A DNA stretch of 64,000 nucleotides from an uncultured archaeon (GCA_964498245.1 CAZCGK010000006.1:944-64943), one strand, 5' to 3'. Shown: positions 27,486 to 37,365, numbered from the stretch's first letter. Numbers and translations: made by a program. The notes: a model not told the origin generated them from the sequence alone.

Positions 27486-28988
27486 GTGTCTAACATAGAC
27501 ATTGTTTCCTCTTTTCACGAAAATGTGATTGAAAAAATAAAATCGGAAAAGTGTAATTCGAAAGGCAAAAATTTAAGAGTTCTGCTTTTGACCATACCAT
27601 TCAGCATTCCTGCTGGAGCAGCAATAATGCCACAGAGGTTATTCTACGGTTTGCTCAGAAAAGGTGTTGATGCAAAGGTTATAACACACTGGTGGGATTG
27701 TGGTTTTGAACCTCTTGTTCGTTATTCTGTAATTTCTAAAGAAGATTACAGAACATTTTTCAGAACAAGAGATCTCAATGGAAACAGACTGGCTGAAGTC
27801 AAATCTTGGAAAATTGTAAAAACAAATGAAGGGTTGAAAAAAATACCTGCAAAAATAAAGGTTCTCGTATCAAGAAAATCTCTGATAGAAACCAGCAGAG
27901 AAGTGGTAAAGGAAGTATGTGATTATTTATTAGATACCCAGTTCAAACCGGACATAGTACATATACATACTCACACATTTATGTATGATGGAACTTTGCA
28001 TGATATCTTGCAACTTCTGGGAAACCCCCCTGTAGTTTACACACTCCATGCAGTAATAAAAAGGATTTCAAAGGAAAGAGAAAGAGCACAGAGAGAAACT
28101 GTAAAAACATCGAACGGTCTTATCACAATATCGGAAGGATGGAAAAAAGCTGTTGAAAAACTGTATGGAAGAAGTTGTGCATATATTCATAACGCAACAG
28201 ATTACTTTCTCTATACCTGTGATAAAGATGTTGAACGAAGGGCAAAAGAGCTGTATAACATACTGAACCCCGAGAGGGGCAGGCTTTTACTTTTTTCTGG
28301 TAGAATTGAGGAAATAAAAGTTGAGGGATTACCAAAAGCATTCAGTGAGATCGCCGAAAAATGGAATGTAAAACTAATTATTGTGGGGGATGCTGGAGGA
28401 GAAAACAGTATTAAGAATTTAGTGAGATGGGGTTTGAAAAAGGAACATTTAAACAGAGTAATTTTTGTTGGATGGATAAATGGTATAACAGAATCCGGAA
28501 GAAGAGAGATCGCTGCTTATTATAAAATGTTAAATCTCGATAATAAAATCAATGGGGCTCTTGTCATGCCTGTAAAAACGGAGGATCACTACGGCCTTTC
28601 AGTTCTTGATGCTATTGCCATGAAAGCCCCTGTAATTACCTGCAAAGGTAAACTCGCTACTTATGGCTGTCTTCCAGACCCAGAGAGTTTAGTGAAGGCA
28701 ATTGAATTTGTTTTTTCTAATCCGGAAAAAGTGAGAGAAAAAGTAGAAAAATCATATAATGTTTTGAAGAAGGAATATTCTGTGGATGAATATTATGTTC
28801 CGAAACATTTAGAATTCTATTATTATATAATGGATGAAAGGAAAAAAGAGCTGAAAAACAAAAAGAAAGAAAGAATCAAAAAAATGATTGAATTGATTAG
28901 AAAAAGAAAAGAAGAGAAAGTTAGAAAACTCATTAGGGTGATCAAAATACGTAAAGAGGGACGTTTGCTGATTAATCAAAATTTATAG
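27486..28988 (+). CDS. Glycosyltransferase family 4-like (GT-B) protein
   Basis: PDIVHIHTH, VYTLH, ITIS, IHNA, LLFSGRIEE.K, FVGWI, EDHYGLSVLDAIAMKAPVI (degenerate ExFG-x4-EA); Lys/Arg/Glu-rich C-terminal tail. Confidence 0.7.
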   Translation: MSNIDIVSSFHENVIEKIKSEKCNSKGKNLRVLLLTIPFSIPAGAAIMPQRLFYGLLRKGVDAKVITHWWDCGFEPLVRYSVISKEDYRTFFRTRDLNGNRLAEVKSWKIVKTNEGLKKIPAKIKVLVSRKSLIETSREVVKEVCDYLLDTQFKPDIVHIHTHTFMYDGTLHDILQLLGNPPVVYTLHAVIKRISKERERAQRETVKTSNGLITISEGWKKAVEKLYGRSCAYIHNATDYFLYTCDKDVERRAKELYNILNPERGRLLLFSGRIEEIKVEGLPKAFSEIAEKWNVKLIIVGDAGGENSIKNLVRWGLKKEHLNRVIFVGWINGITESGRREIAAYYKMLNLDNKINGALVMPVKTEDHYGLSVLDAIAMKAPVITCKGKLATYGCLPDPESLVKAIEFVFSNPEKVREKVEKSYNVLKKEYSVDEYYVPKHLEFYYYIMDERKKELKNKKKERIKKMIELIRKRKEEKVRKLIRVIKIRKEGRLLINQNL

Positions 28989-29014
28989 TTTTATTCTGGA
29001 TAATATTTATTTAG

Positions 29015-31762
29015 GTGTTCATTTTGGTAAAATGTCCATGGTGTGGAAAAGAATTGGAACCTGTTGGCAACAAGTACATATGTAATAATCCAGACTGTGA
29101 AATTGAAGGAATAAGGGAGACTTATGAAATTCTCAAATATCTTGCAGATTCTTTAAAGAAAAAGGATGTTTCCTCTGTTCCTGTTTCTGAACCATATGAA
29201 CCTGCTCGACCATCAGAAGAGAAAATCACCTGTCCAAAATGTAAAGTAAATTATGTGAAAATAGTACGAACAAGAACAGACAGATATGGAAATACAATTT
29301 ATTTATTGCATTGTCCGAAATGTGGGTTCTATGAAATGCCGGATTATGAACTCGAATATCATATCGAAAGGGAAAAACAGCTAAAAGAGTTTCATAAAGA
29401 ATTCACAGATTTTAGAAGAAAGATAAAAAAAGAGTGGTTCGGAAACAGGCCTTGGGGACAACTTTCCAAAGAAGAGAAGAACAGATACTTGGATGAACTG
29501 AAGAGATTCGAAGACGAAATGGCAAAAAAATACAAGCATATAGAAGACCTTATAAAAAGACGAGATAAGGAACGAAGAGAAAGGTTAAGATACATAGAGA
29601 AAAGAAAAGTTGAAGAGGAAGAAAAAAGAAAATACAGAACATCCAGGTATATTGAAAAGATTGGCCCTATGGTTTTACATGGTCTTACTCTCGCCGCTTT
29701 TGTTGGGATAGGTGCTGTGATTTCCGGGATTCTGGGAAGCATAATGTTCTTCCTTGCGTTTCTTTCTTGGGGAATATATTACGTTATACCCAACCCCAGA
29801 CATTTTGATCTTCCCAAAGACTTAGAAAAGGAACTTGCTGAAAGAAAGATGCCTGATATATTCACACCTGGAATGCTGGAGTTTTACAGGAGATATTTTG
29901 CAAATGAGCACAGTGCTTATGGTTTTCTCAGAACCCTTGCAAAAACCTCAACATTTGTGTTTTTCATTTGGGGTCTGTGGAACAATAACAGTGTTCCCTT
30001 CTTGAATATAGTTTTGCTTTTGATTAGTTTTATCGGTTATTACTCCTTCAGAATAACCTACGATCCTGAAAGGCCATATGAGCTTATGGAATCGCTCATG
30101 AGGTTTGTAGTGCTGGGTGTGTTTGTAATACCATTCCTGATATTCTACCAGCTTTTCGATTCTCTTGTGCTTGCACTTATCGCTGTTGCATTTTTCGCAA
30201 TACCGCCTATACCCAGTGATAGAGACAGGTCTGAACTTTTCATAATGTATGATTTTTACGATAAGTTGATTTTCGTTATAATAATGGGTGCTGTTCTTAT
30301 AGGGTTTTTCGGCGGTTGGAATGTGCCTAAAGCAATGACATACACCTTTGTCTACTTCTGGATTGTTACAGGAATTGCAGGGTTTTTCTCACCTCCACAG
30401 GCAAGACCGACCATAGGTTTTCTCATGATTATTGCAGCAAGCATCATTTACGGAATAGGTCCGGGTCAGCAGGAGGTTGGTTCGACATTTTTGGGACCCT
30501 GGTGGCCGACAATACAGAATACCTTCCAGACTGTAACAGAACCGGTGATAAAGGCATTTTCAGGTCTGGCCGATACATTCAGATCAGGATGGTTGCTTCT
30601 TACGAATCCCGTTGGTTACGCAACCCAGCTTATGAACGGCACGCATGCAAAGAACCCCGTTGGAGAGACTGGAGCGCTGGGTGTTGAGATAACGGATTTC
30701 ACAATATCACCAATCTATGTTGGTCAGCCGTTTATCATAACCGTGACATTGCAGAACAAGGGAGCATTTGATGCGGAAAATGTGAAGGTAAGGTTTATGG
30801 TTGAGGAATATACCGCACCACAGGACAGGAAAGTTGTAAGTGTGGAGAAGATGAAGGTGACTGATCTGAATTTGAACACAGATTCAGGTGGTTGTATAAT
30901 GGAGAAATCAGGAAAGTACTGTGAAATAAATGTAGCAAGGGGCAGTGAGAAACTCTTGAGGCAGGATATCACACAGGTAACATTTGATTCTTCAGGAATA
31001 ACATGCAATGTTGTGGATAGATACAATCTCAGGAAGAAGTCCATACCACTTAGAGCTGAGGTTTCGTATGATTATGAGGTTGATTCCAAGGTAGAAGTAG
31101 AGTTTATAAGCAATGCAGAGTGGGAGAGATTGACCAGAGAAAATAAGCTCCAGCTCAGAGATGTGATTTCAGAATCCAGTACAGCACCGGTTCTTCTGAA
31201 TCTTGGAACAGCCGGTCTGAAGAATCCCATCAAAGCAGATCAGCTGTTCCATATAGGAATAAATCTGGTTTCGGATCAGAAAGATGGAAGAATCGATGAG
31301 ATTTACGAGATAAGACTTAACTATCCAGTTGATTTTGGAGAGGCTAAGTGTAATATTGAGCCGAGTGCTAATCCTGACCAGAAATCTAATGAAAACATCA
31401 GAACACTCATCTGGAATAAAGATAAACTTTCCAACATGAAAGCAGCAGTTATTTACTGCACCTTTAAACCTTTAGGGGGTAATTTCTCCGCACCAACAAA
31501 GACCTATACAGTCACGGCGCATGCGAAATACAGGTTTACTTCATGGAAAAGTAAGTCTGCAAGGATAGAGTTCGGAGGATATTGCTGTAGTGATGAGGAT
31601 TGCACAAAAGGACAGAGATGTTGTAAATATAGAGGAAGCAAAGGAGGATACTGTATACCTGAAAAAGAATACAATAGTGAGAAGTGCAAAGAGCCAAAAC
31701 AGAAATCTGAAAGTTTAAATAGTACCGGAAACGAAACACTTGCAAATGTTACGATAAAATAA
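29015..31762 (+). CDS. Large hypothetical membrane protein: two Zn ribbons, coiled coil, about 9 TM helices, Ig/CARDB-like ectodomain, Cys-rich C-terminus
   Basis: CPWC/CNNPDC and CPKC/CPKC pairs; hydrophobic core around aa 215-490; VTLQNKG CARDB-like strand; terminal CC-x4-C-x5-CC-x9-C. Confidence 0.75.
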   Translation: MFILVKCPWCGKELEPVGNKYICNNPDCEIEGIRETYEILKYLADSLKKKDVSSVPVSEPYEPARPSEEKITCPKCKVNYVKIVRTRTDRYGNTIYLLHCPKCGFYEMPDYELEYHIEREKQLKEFHKEFTDFRRKIKKEWFGNRPWGQLSKEEKNRYLDELKRFEDEMAKKYKHIEDLIKRRDKERRERLRYIEKRKVEEEEKRKYRTSRYIEKIGPMVLHGLTLAAFVGIGAVISGILGSIMFFLAFLSWGIYYVIPNPRHFDLPKDLEKELAERKMPDIFTPGMLEFYRRYFANEHSAYGFLRTLAKTSTFVFFIWGLWNNNSVPFLNIVLLLISFIGYYSFRITYDPERPYELMESLMRFVVLGVFVIPFLIFYQLFDSLVLALIAVAFFAIPPIPSDRDRSELFIMYDFYDKLIFVIIMGAVLIGFFGGWNVPKAMTYTFVYFWIVTGIAGFFSPPQARPTIGFLMIIAASIIYGIGPGQQEVGSTFLGPWWPTIQNTFQTVTEPVIKAFSGLADTFRSGWLLLTNPVGYATQLMNGTHAKNPVGETGALGVEITDFTISPIYVGQPFIITVTLQNKGAFDAENVKVRFMVEEYTAPQDRKVVSVEKMKVTDLNLNTDSGGCIMEKSGKYCEINVARGSEKLLRQDITQVTFDSSGITCNVVDRYNLRKKSIPLRAEVSYDYEVDSKVEVEFISNAEWERLTRENKLQLRDVISESSTAPVLLNLGTAGLKNPIKADQLFHIGINLVSDQKDGRIDEIYEIRLNYPVDFGEAKCNIEPSANPDQKSNENIRTLIWNKDKLSNMKAAVIYCTFKPLGGNFSAPTKTYTVTAHAKYRFTSWKSKSARIEFGGYCCSDEDCTKGQRCCKYRGSKGGYCIPEKEYNSEKCKEPKQKSESLNSTGNETLANVTIK

Positions 31763-31791
31763 CAAATCAGAAGTTTAAAGTTATTAACGCT

Positions 31792-32649
31792 TTACACCCC
31801 AACCATAAGCCGGAGTGTGTTTCTCAAACCCGGAGCAAGACCGAGAATCAAAACCACGATTTTCAGAAAATTCTTGAAATCTCCCCTTTCTGCGTAACGG
31901 TCTATGAGGTAAAGAACCGGAGGAACAATCAGAGCCTTGAGCAGGAACATGGCATAGCCACCGAGATATGGAAAGAGCAGTCTTGGCACGACGTGCTGCT
32001 CAACATAACCGAAGAATGTGACTGCCACAAAGGTTGCTGTGGCATCCAGAAAATGCGCGGAAATTATTCCCAGATTTTTATTGGACAAAAATCCTGCAAG
32101 AGATTTTGTGAAGGGTTTTTTTGGATAAAGTCTTTGGGAAAAAAACCTCGGAGAAAAAAACAGCAAAAACCAAAAAAATGTTCCTCCTGTTATAAGCAGG
32201 AGGGGTAAAGGATTCCTAAGGGGTAAAAGAATTACATTTACGATATCCAGGGCAATGCCTATAGAGAACATGGTTTTCCAGTAGGGAATTCTCCAGAATT
32301 TCTGGATAAGAAGTGAAAGCATGAGAACGAAAAGAGCCAAGGAAAAGGTTATTATATAGCTTCCTGGTGTTGGAAATACTGGCAATCCATAGAAAGCATT
32401 GAGCTCAGGAGAGAGAATTTCTGCATAGGCTGCATCATGCAGAACTCTCGTGCTCGAGCCCCAGAAAATGAACGGAAGAATTGCAAAGAGGAAGTGTTTA
32501 TCAATGTGAATGTTGAGTTTTTTCAAAAGTTTGAAAACGTATATAACAGCGATTACAAGGATAAGGGAGTATGCAACTGTATTAATCGGATTGAACCAAC
32601 CGTTTACGAGAATTGGCTCTATAAAATATTCATGAAAAAATTCGAGCAT
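31792..32649 (-). CDS. DUF63 family membrane protein
   Basis: NPINTVAY, RVLHDA, FPTPG.Y, AHFLDATATF, GYVEQHVV, LGLAPGLRNTLR. Confidence 0.88.
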   Translation of the reverse strand: MLEFFHEYFIEPILVNGWFNPINTVAYSLILVIAVIYVFKLLKKLNIHIDKHFLFAILPFIFWGSSTRVLHDAAYAEILSPELNAFYGLPVFPTPGSYIITFSLALFVLMLSLLIQKFWRIPYWKTMFSIGIALDIVNVILLPLRNPLPLLLITGGTFFWFLLFFSPRFFSQRLYPKKPFTKSLAGFLSNKNLGIISAHFLDATATFVAVTFFGYVEQHVVPRLLFPYLGGYAMFLLKALIVPPVLYLIDRYAERGDFKNFLKIVVLILGLAPGLRNTLRLMVGV

Positions 32650-32716
32650 GCTATTTTTTTATTTCGGATATATTTAAATAAAGAATAATCAAATAATTAG
32701 ACAAGGAGGTTCTATT

Positions 32717-33742
32717 ATGAAAAAGATAATGGCTGCATTCATTGTTTTGCCGATACTAGTGATGTCAGTAGTAGCACAACCGTTTGCTTCGGTGTCTCCA
32801 GTAAAAATTCAGGGATTGATGGTGCTGGGAAAAGGGGTCGCAGCAAATCCAAATGATCCGATGGACTTCAGGATAGCAAAAATAGGTATAGGTAAGGTAA
32901 AGGTGCCTGTATTTGAAGAGGTGTTTACAGTAGGTGTGCTCAAACTTGATGAAGAAAAATACAAGCTTAAGGAGATAACTGTTGATGAAGGTCGTGTTAC
33001 AGGTAAGATTTATGCAAACGGAAGCGAGGTGGGTTCATTTGACCTTTCTTCGGTAATGAAGGGGGATACAGAGGTATGGGCAGGCACGATAACAATCAAT
33101 GGTAAAGTATACAATACCTATATAATAGAAGGAGTTAGACCAGTAAGACCAGGAGAACTCAAGGAAAAGGTAGCCGATTATTGCAAAAAACATCCAAAAG
33201 ATAAGAACTGCAGGGAAATAATCTCAGAGAAATTCTGTGAAAACAACCCCGAAGACAGAAGGTGCAGAGCAATATTCATAGCACAGTGCATGAAGGAGGA
33301 TAAGAATCTGGAAGATATGAGATGCAGAGAGGCATTGAAGGAATTCTGCAAAGAAAATCCAACAGATAAACGATGCGTGCCTTTTGAACTCAGGAGAGCA
33401 AAGCATTACTGCGAAGAACATTCCGACTCACCGCTGTGCAGAAAGATCGGTGAAAGGGTTCTGGACTTCTGTAAAGAAAATCCGGAAAATGAGGGCTGTA
33501 CGGTTGTGAAAAAAATTATTCAGGAAAGACCGAGACTCTTTGAAAAGATTCAGGAGATCAGGAAAAGGATAACAGAACTGAGAACAAAAGCCACAAAAAT
33601 ACAGGAAAAAATAGAAGAGGAGGGAATCGGTGAAGGAAATGTAACAGAGGCTGTGACAGAAAGTGCTGAAGAAATCGTCGAGATTGGCAAAGGTGTAGGA
33701 AAATTAGGCACAGAAATGGTAGGAGTAGGTGGAGGGGAATAG
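32717..33742 (+). CDS. Secreted protein with tandem [YF]C-x8-C repeats
   Basis: Signal peptide; beta-rich N-domain; five C-x8-C repeats plus one C-x11-C variant; acidic/Gly tail. Confidence 0.75.
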   Translation: MKKIMAAFIVLPILVMSVVAQPFASVSPVKIQGLMVLGKGVAANPNDPMDFRIAKIGIGKVKVPVFEEVFTVGVLKLDEEKYKLKEITVDEGRVTGKIYANGSEVGSFDLSSVMKGDTEVWAGTITINGKVYNTYIIEGVRPVRPGELKEKVADYCKKHPKDKNCREIISEKFCENNPEDRRCRAIFIAQCMKEDKNLEDMRCREALKEFCKENPTDKRCVPFELRRAKHYCEEHSDSPLCRKIGERVLDFCKENPENEGCTVVKKIIQERPRLFEKIQEIRKRITELRTKATKIQEKIEEEGIGEGNVTEAVTESAEEIVEIGKGVGKLGTEMVGVGGGE

Positions 33743-33743
33743 A

Positions 33744-33944
33744 ATGCTCAAAGAACTTGTTATCGCAGCACTGATATTTTCGATAATCCTCATCAGCGGA
33801 TGTATACAGCAGCAGGCTCCAACACCCAGCGAGGGTCAGGTTGTACAGGCCGAGGATCAGGCAATGGAGCAGATAGAGCAGGAGATAGATCAGGCTATCG
33901 AAAACATAGATTTAACAGACATAGAGAACTCTTTGGAGATTTAA
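33744..33944 (+). CDS. Small lipoprotein (66 aa)
   Basis: Lipobox-like LISGC after a hydrophobic stretch; Gln/Glu/Asp-rich body; GGAGGGG SD upstream. Confidence 0.75.
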   Translation: MLKELVIAALIFSIILISGCIQQQAPTPSEGQVVQAEDQAMEQIEQEIDQAIENIDLTDIENSLEI

Positions 33945-34126
33945 ACTTTTTTTCTTTTCTTTTTTCTTTTTATTTCACGTTTATGGATAACTATAACCGG
34001 AGGGAGAAAGAGGAGTATAAACACAAAAAATCCCGTGAATAAATAGATAAGAATTGTGAAAATTATACAAATAATAACAATCAAAGCTGTTATAAACCAT
34101 GACCATCGAGGAAGATTTCTTCTCAT
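33941..34126 (-). CDS. Small 2-TM hypothetical protein with basic tail
   Basis: MRRNLPRWSWFITALIVIICIIFTILIYLFTGFFVFILLFLPPVIVIHKREIKRKKKRKKV; directly follows porA. Confidence 0.6.
   Translation of the reverse strand: MRRNLPRWSWFITALIVIICIIFTILIYLFTGFFVFILLFLPPVIVIHKREIKRKKKRKKV
33945..33975 (+). terminator. Oligo-T tract, candidate archaeal terminator
   Basis: T-rich run immediately after the lipoprotein stop. The same bases encode the KRKKKRKKV tail of the convergent gene, so the tract may be coding-driven. Confidence 0.35.
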
Positions 34127-34131
34127 AAAAA

Positions 34132-35268
34132 TCACATCACCCATTCAACACCATCAAACCCGGATTTAACCTTCTTTATTATATCCCGGATGTTCTGAAG
34201 GGTGATGTCCCGTCCACCCAAACCGGCTATAAATCCAGAAACTTTGGGTCTTTCTTCAAGAGAATAAAGTGCGGATCTGACTTCATCATACACTGCGCCA
34301 TTGGCGCCTATGGATACATCCTTTTCTATAACAGCAAGGGATTCTAAATTCTGGCAGAGTTCTCTCAACTCCTCTGCTGGGAACGGTCTGAAGGATTTTA
34401 TCCTTATTATTCCTATTTTCTCTTCTTCAGCAATCTCTCTTATAGTCCCGGTGAGAGAACCTAAGGTTATAATAGCATGGGTTTTACCTTCGAGATTTAT
34501 TCCCTCAACAAGACCGTTCCCGTATTTTCTTTTGAAGGTCTTTGCAAACTCTCTGTTCACTCTCTTTATCACGGATTTTGAACTCTCTAGGGTTTCCTGC
34601 TGTTGTCTTCTGAAGTACATGAAATATTCAGGGGTGCCAAGAGAACCCATTGTTACGGGTTTTTTGGGATTCAGAGAAAACATGGGCTTGTATTCCGGAA
34701 GAAATCTATCTATTTCTGAATCCTCCTCAAAACGAACGTTCTCATATGTATGAGAAACAACAAAACCATCAAGACAGATCATAACAGGGTTGTGAACCTC
34801 CTCTGCTATCTTAAAGGCTTGAATATGTGTGTCATATGCCTCTTGTGCATTTTCCACATATATCTGTATCCAGCCAGAATCTCGCGAAGCTATTGAATCC
34901 TGCTGGTCGTTCCAGATATTGATGGGGGCAGAAAGAGCGCGGTTTGCAACTGTCATTACCACAGGTAATCTCATGCCTGATGCTATGAAAAGCATTTCGT
35001 GCATCAGGGCAAGACCCTGAGAGGCTGTTGCTGTGTAGGAGCGGAGACCTACTGCTTCAGAGCCTATGCATGCAGCCATTGCTGAATGTTCACTTTCAAC
35101 CCTTATCATTTCCGCATCGAGTTTGCCATCGGCTATCATCTTTGCCAGGGTTTCCACTATGTGTGTTTGAGGTGTAATGGGATAGGCTGCAATTACTCTG
35201 GGTTTACACTGTCTCACAGCCTCGGCAACCGCTTCCGAGCCTTCGACAACATTTCGAGGAACACTCAT
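34132..35268 (-). CDS. porA: Pyruvate/2-oxoacid:ferredoxin oxidoreductase alpha subunit
   Basis: AAYPITPQT, VESEHSAM, TATASQGLALMHE, NRALSAPINIWND, GLGGRD. Confidence 0.95.
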   Translation of the reverse strand: MSVPRNVVEGSEAVAEAVRQCKPRVIAAYPITPQTHIVETLAKMIADGKLDAEMIRVESEHSAMAACIGSEAVGLRSYTATASQGLALMHEMLFIASGMRLPVVMTVANRALSAPINIWNDQQDSIASRDSGWIQIYVENAQEAYDTHIQAFKIAEEVHNPVMICLDGFVVSHTYENVRFEEDSEIDRFLPEYKPMFSLNPKKPVTMGSLGTPEYFMYFRRQQQETLESSKSVIKRVNREFAKTFKRKYGNGLVEGINLEGKTHAIITLGSLTGTIREIAEEEKIGIIRIKSFRPFPAEELRELCQNLESLAVIEKDVSIGANGAVYDEVRSALYSLEERPKVSGFIAGLGGRDITLQNIRDIIKKVKSGFDGVEWVM

Positions 35269-35546
35269 CTTTCTCTCTCCTTTTCTATTGCATTCTGCGG
35301 ACACTCATTCATGCATATCAAGCATCCCTTGCAGTAATCATAGTTCACAACAGCCCTTTTCTTTCCATTAATTTCTTTTATTTGTATGCAATCCTCCGGG
35401 CAATACCATGTACATATTCCGCATCCAACACACTTATCCGTTATTTTTGGTCTGAATGTTCTCCATGAACCGGTTTTATTTCTTTCTGCTGAACCCGCCT
35501 CTGTCACAACAGCACCCGGGGTTACATTTTTTTCTTTCTCATTCAT
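35265..35546 (-). CDS. porD: Pyruvate/2-oxoacid:ferredoxin oxidoreductase delta subunit (2x[4Fe-4S])
   Basis: TGSWRTFRP; CVGCGICTWYCP; YDYCKGCLICMNECP. Confidence 0.95.
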   Translation of the reverse strand: MNEKEKNVTPGAVVTEAGSAERNKTGSWRTFRPKITDKCVGCGICTWYCPEDCIQIKEINGKKRAVVNYDYCKGCLICMNECPQNAIEKERER

Positions 35547-35550
35547 TTTC

Positions 35551-36075
35551 TCAGACCTTTGTATTTTCATATGCCTTTCTAACCAGGGTTTTATTCAGTT
35601 CCGAGAGTTTTTCAGGAAAATTCTCATCTATCGCTTTTTCTACAGAGGTTATGGAAACGAGGTTCGTAACCTTTGCAAACACACCGAGCATGGCTGTGTT
35701 GACTATGTTTTTTCCTAAAATCTCTAAAGCAAGGGAGGTTGCATCATAGGTATATGTTTTGTATTTTAGGGATACGGATTTGTTTGTATTGATAATTGCT
35801 ACGGATTCCTCTTTCAAGCCTTCGGTTATCTCCGGAAGGTCCAGAAGGGAATCATCCAAAACCACTATATAATCCGGTGAGTATACATGTGAACGAAGGG
35901 TTATCGGTTTCTCCGAGATTCTGCAAAAGGCCTTAACAGGAGCTCCTCTTCTTTCTACTCCAAATGCAGGGAAAGCCTGAGTGTATTTTCCATCCAGGCC
36001 CGAAGCTTTTGCAAGAAGGGAAGCTGCTGTAACCGCGCCTTGACCGCCCCTTCCGTGAAAACGTATTTCTATCAT
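35551..36075 (-). CDS. porC: Pyruvate/2-oxoacid:ferredoxin oxidoreductase gamma subunit
   Basis: [17 protein letters not shown]; [13 protein letters not shown]; IVNTAMLG. Confidence 0.95.
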
Positions 36076-36135
36076 AATAAACACTATTAAGTTCTTTTTG
36101 AGTTTAGACAAATTTAAAATTTTAGATTCACAATT

Positions 36136-36945
36136 TCATTGAAATCGATACCCCAGTTTTTCAAAGATCTCCTTCATTCTCAGTGAATCCTTCCATGTTA
36201 TCGGGCTTTCGGAAATTATGGTTGCACTTAGCTTTCTTTCAAGGAGCTCCTTAGCAAGTGGTTCGAAGGGTGGACTGTTGGTGTCTATAATCAAATGATT
36301 CTTTTCTCCCTTTAAGGTCCACTCAATGCCTGAGAAATGAATGTGAAGGTGTTTGGGTTTGAACCTCTCCTCAATAGCATCTAAAATTTCTTTATAATCT
36401 ATCTTGCCCCTGTTTCTTGCATAGATATGGGCAAAATCTATGCAAAACGAACACCCCGTTTCTTCGGCCAGCTGCAGAATTTCCTCCAAACTTCCGTAAG
36501 TGGTGTGCTTTCCTGTGGTTTCAGGGGCAAGTTTTATTTTCCAGCCCTTTTCTTTTATCACATTCTGAATTTCGATAATCGCGTCTCTTACCATTTTATG
36601 AACGGTTTCTTTTGTTTTTTTACCGAAATAGGCTGGATGGAAAACTACACATGTCGCGCCTAAATAATGCCCTCTTTCGCATGAATCCAGTATTCTTTTT
36701 ATACTTGCATCGATTTTTTCCTTTTCGTCCGAAGCAAGGTTTATAAAATAAGGGGCGTGAATTGAAAGCTGTATGCCCAGTTTTTTTGCTTCGCTGCCGC
36801 ATTGCTTTGCGAGATCGTTGCTCATTTTCACACCTCGAACGAATTCTACCTCCATTGCCTGAAGACCGAGTTCCTTTACCTTTTTTATTCCCTCCAGTGT
36901 GGATTTTTCCGGTGAGCCGGCTGGACCGAGTTTTATGCTGAACAT
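36136..36945 (-). CDS. nfo: Endonuclease IV (AP endonuclease, TIM barrel)
   Basis: SIHAPYFINL, VFHPA, APETTGK, CIDFAH, HIHFSGI, HL, ISESP metal ligands. Confidence 0.9.
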   Translation of the reverse strand: MFSIKLGPAGSPEKSTLEGIKKVKELGLQAMEVEFVRGVKMSNDLAKQCGSEAKKLGIQLSIHAPYFINLASDEKEKIDASIKRILDSCERGHYLGATCVVFHPAYFGKKTKETVHKMVRDAIIEIQNVIKEKGWKIKLAPETTGKHTTYGSLEEILQLAEETGCSFCIDFAHIYARNRGKIDYKEILDAIEERFKPKHLHIHFSGIEWTLKGEKNHLIIDTNSPPFEPLAKELLERKLSATIISESPITWKDSLRMKEIFEKLGYRFQ

Positions 36946-37005
36946 AGAATCACCACATCGATGAATCTACCATCCACCCAGACCTGGAAATTCGGATTTT
37001 CATTT

Positions 37006-37173
37006 TCAAATTCCCAAGATTCCGAATTTTAAGAGAAGTTCCAAGACTATTAGAAAAACACATACTCCAATAACATGCTCGGGCTTAAGCTTTATCGCCT
37101 CCTTCGATTCTTCAAAGTACATAACAAGTCCAGCGGTGGACCGAGGCATTGTGATTCGATTTCTTCTTGGCAT
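37006..37173 (-). CDS. secG: Preprotein translocase subunit Sec61beta
   Basis: Manual translation MPRRNRITMPRSTAGLVMYFEESKEAIKLKPEHVIGVCVFLIVLELLLKFGILGI*; AGL..YF...I.L.P plus TM signature. Missed by the ORF track. Confidence 0.9.
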   Translation of the reverse strand: MPRRNRITMPRSTAGLVMYFEESKEAIKLKPEHVIGVCVFLIVLELLLKFGILGI

Positions 37174-37365
37174 ATAAATTTTTTTGATCTAACATTTATT
37201 AAAATTTCCCGTCGGTGTGTTTTCCAAGAGAATTATTAAAGGTGATTAATCTGAGATACAATTCACTTTTAATTGTTTGATGTATTGAACTGCTTCCTGA
37301 ATGGGATTTAGACATCTCCTGAAACAAAATAAATTTATAAATTTATCAAACTAATATTTTGATAT

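Noticed and set aside
37205-37321. 38-codon minus-strand ORF (MSKSHSGSSSIHQ...) upstream of secG
   Set aside because: The GGAG abuts the ATG (no SD spacing), the peptide is low-information, and it lies in the likely divergent promoter region.
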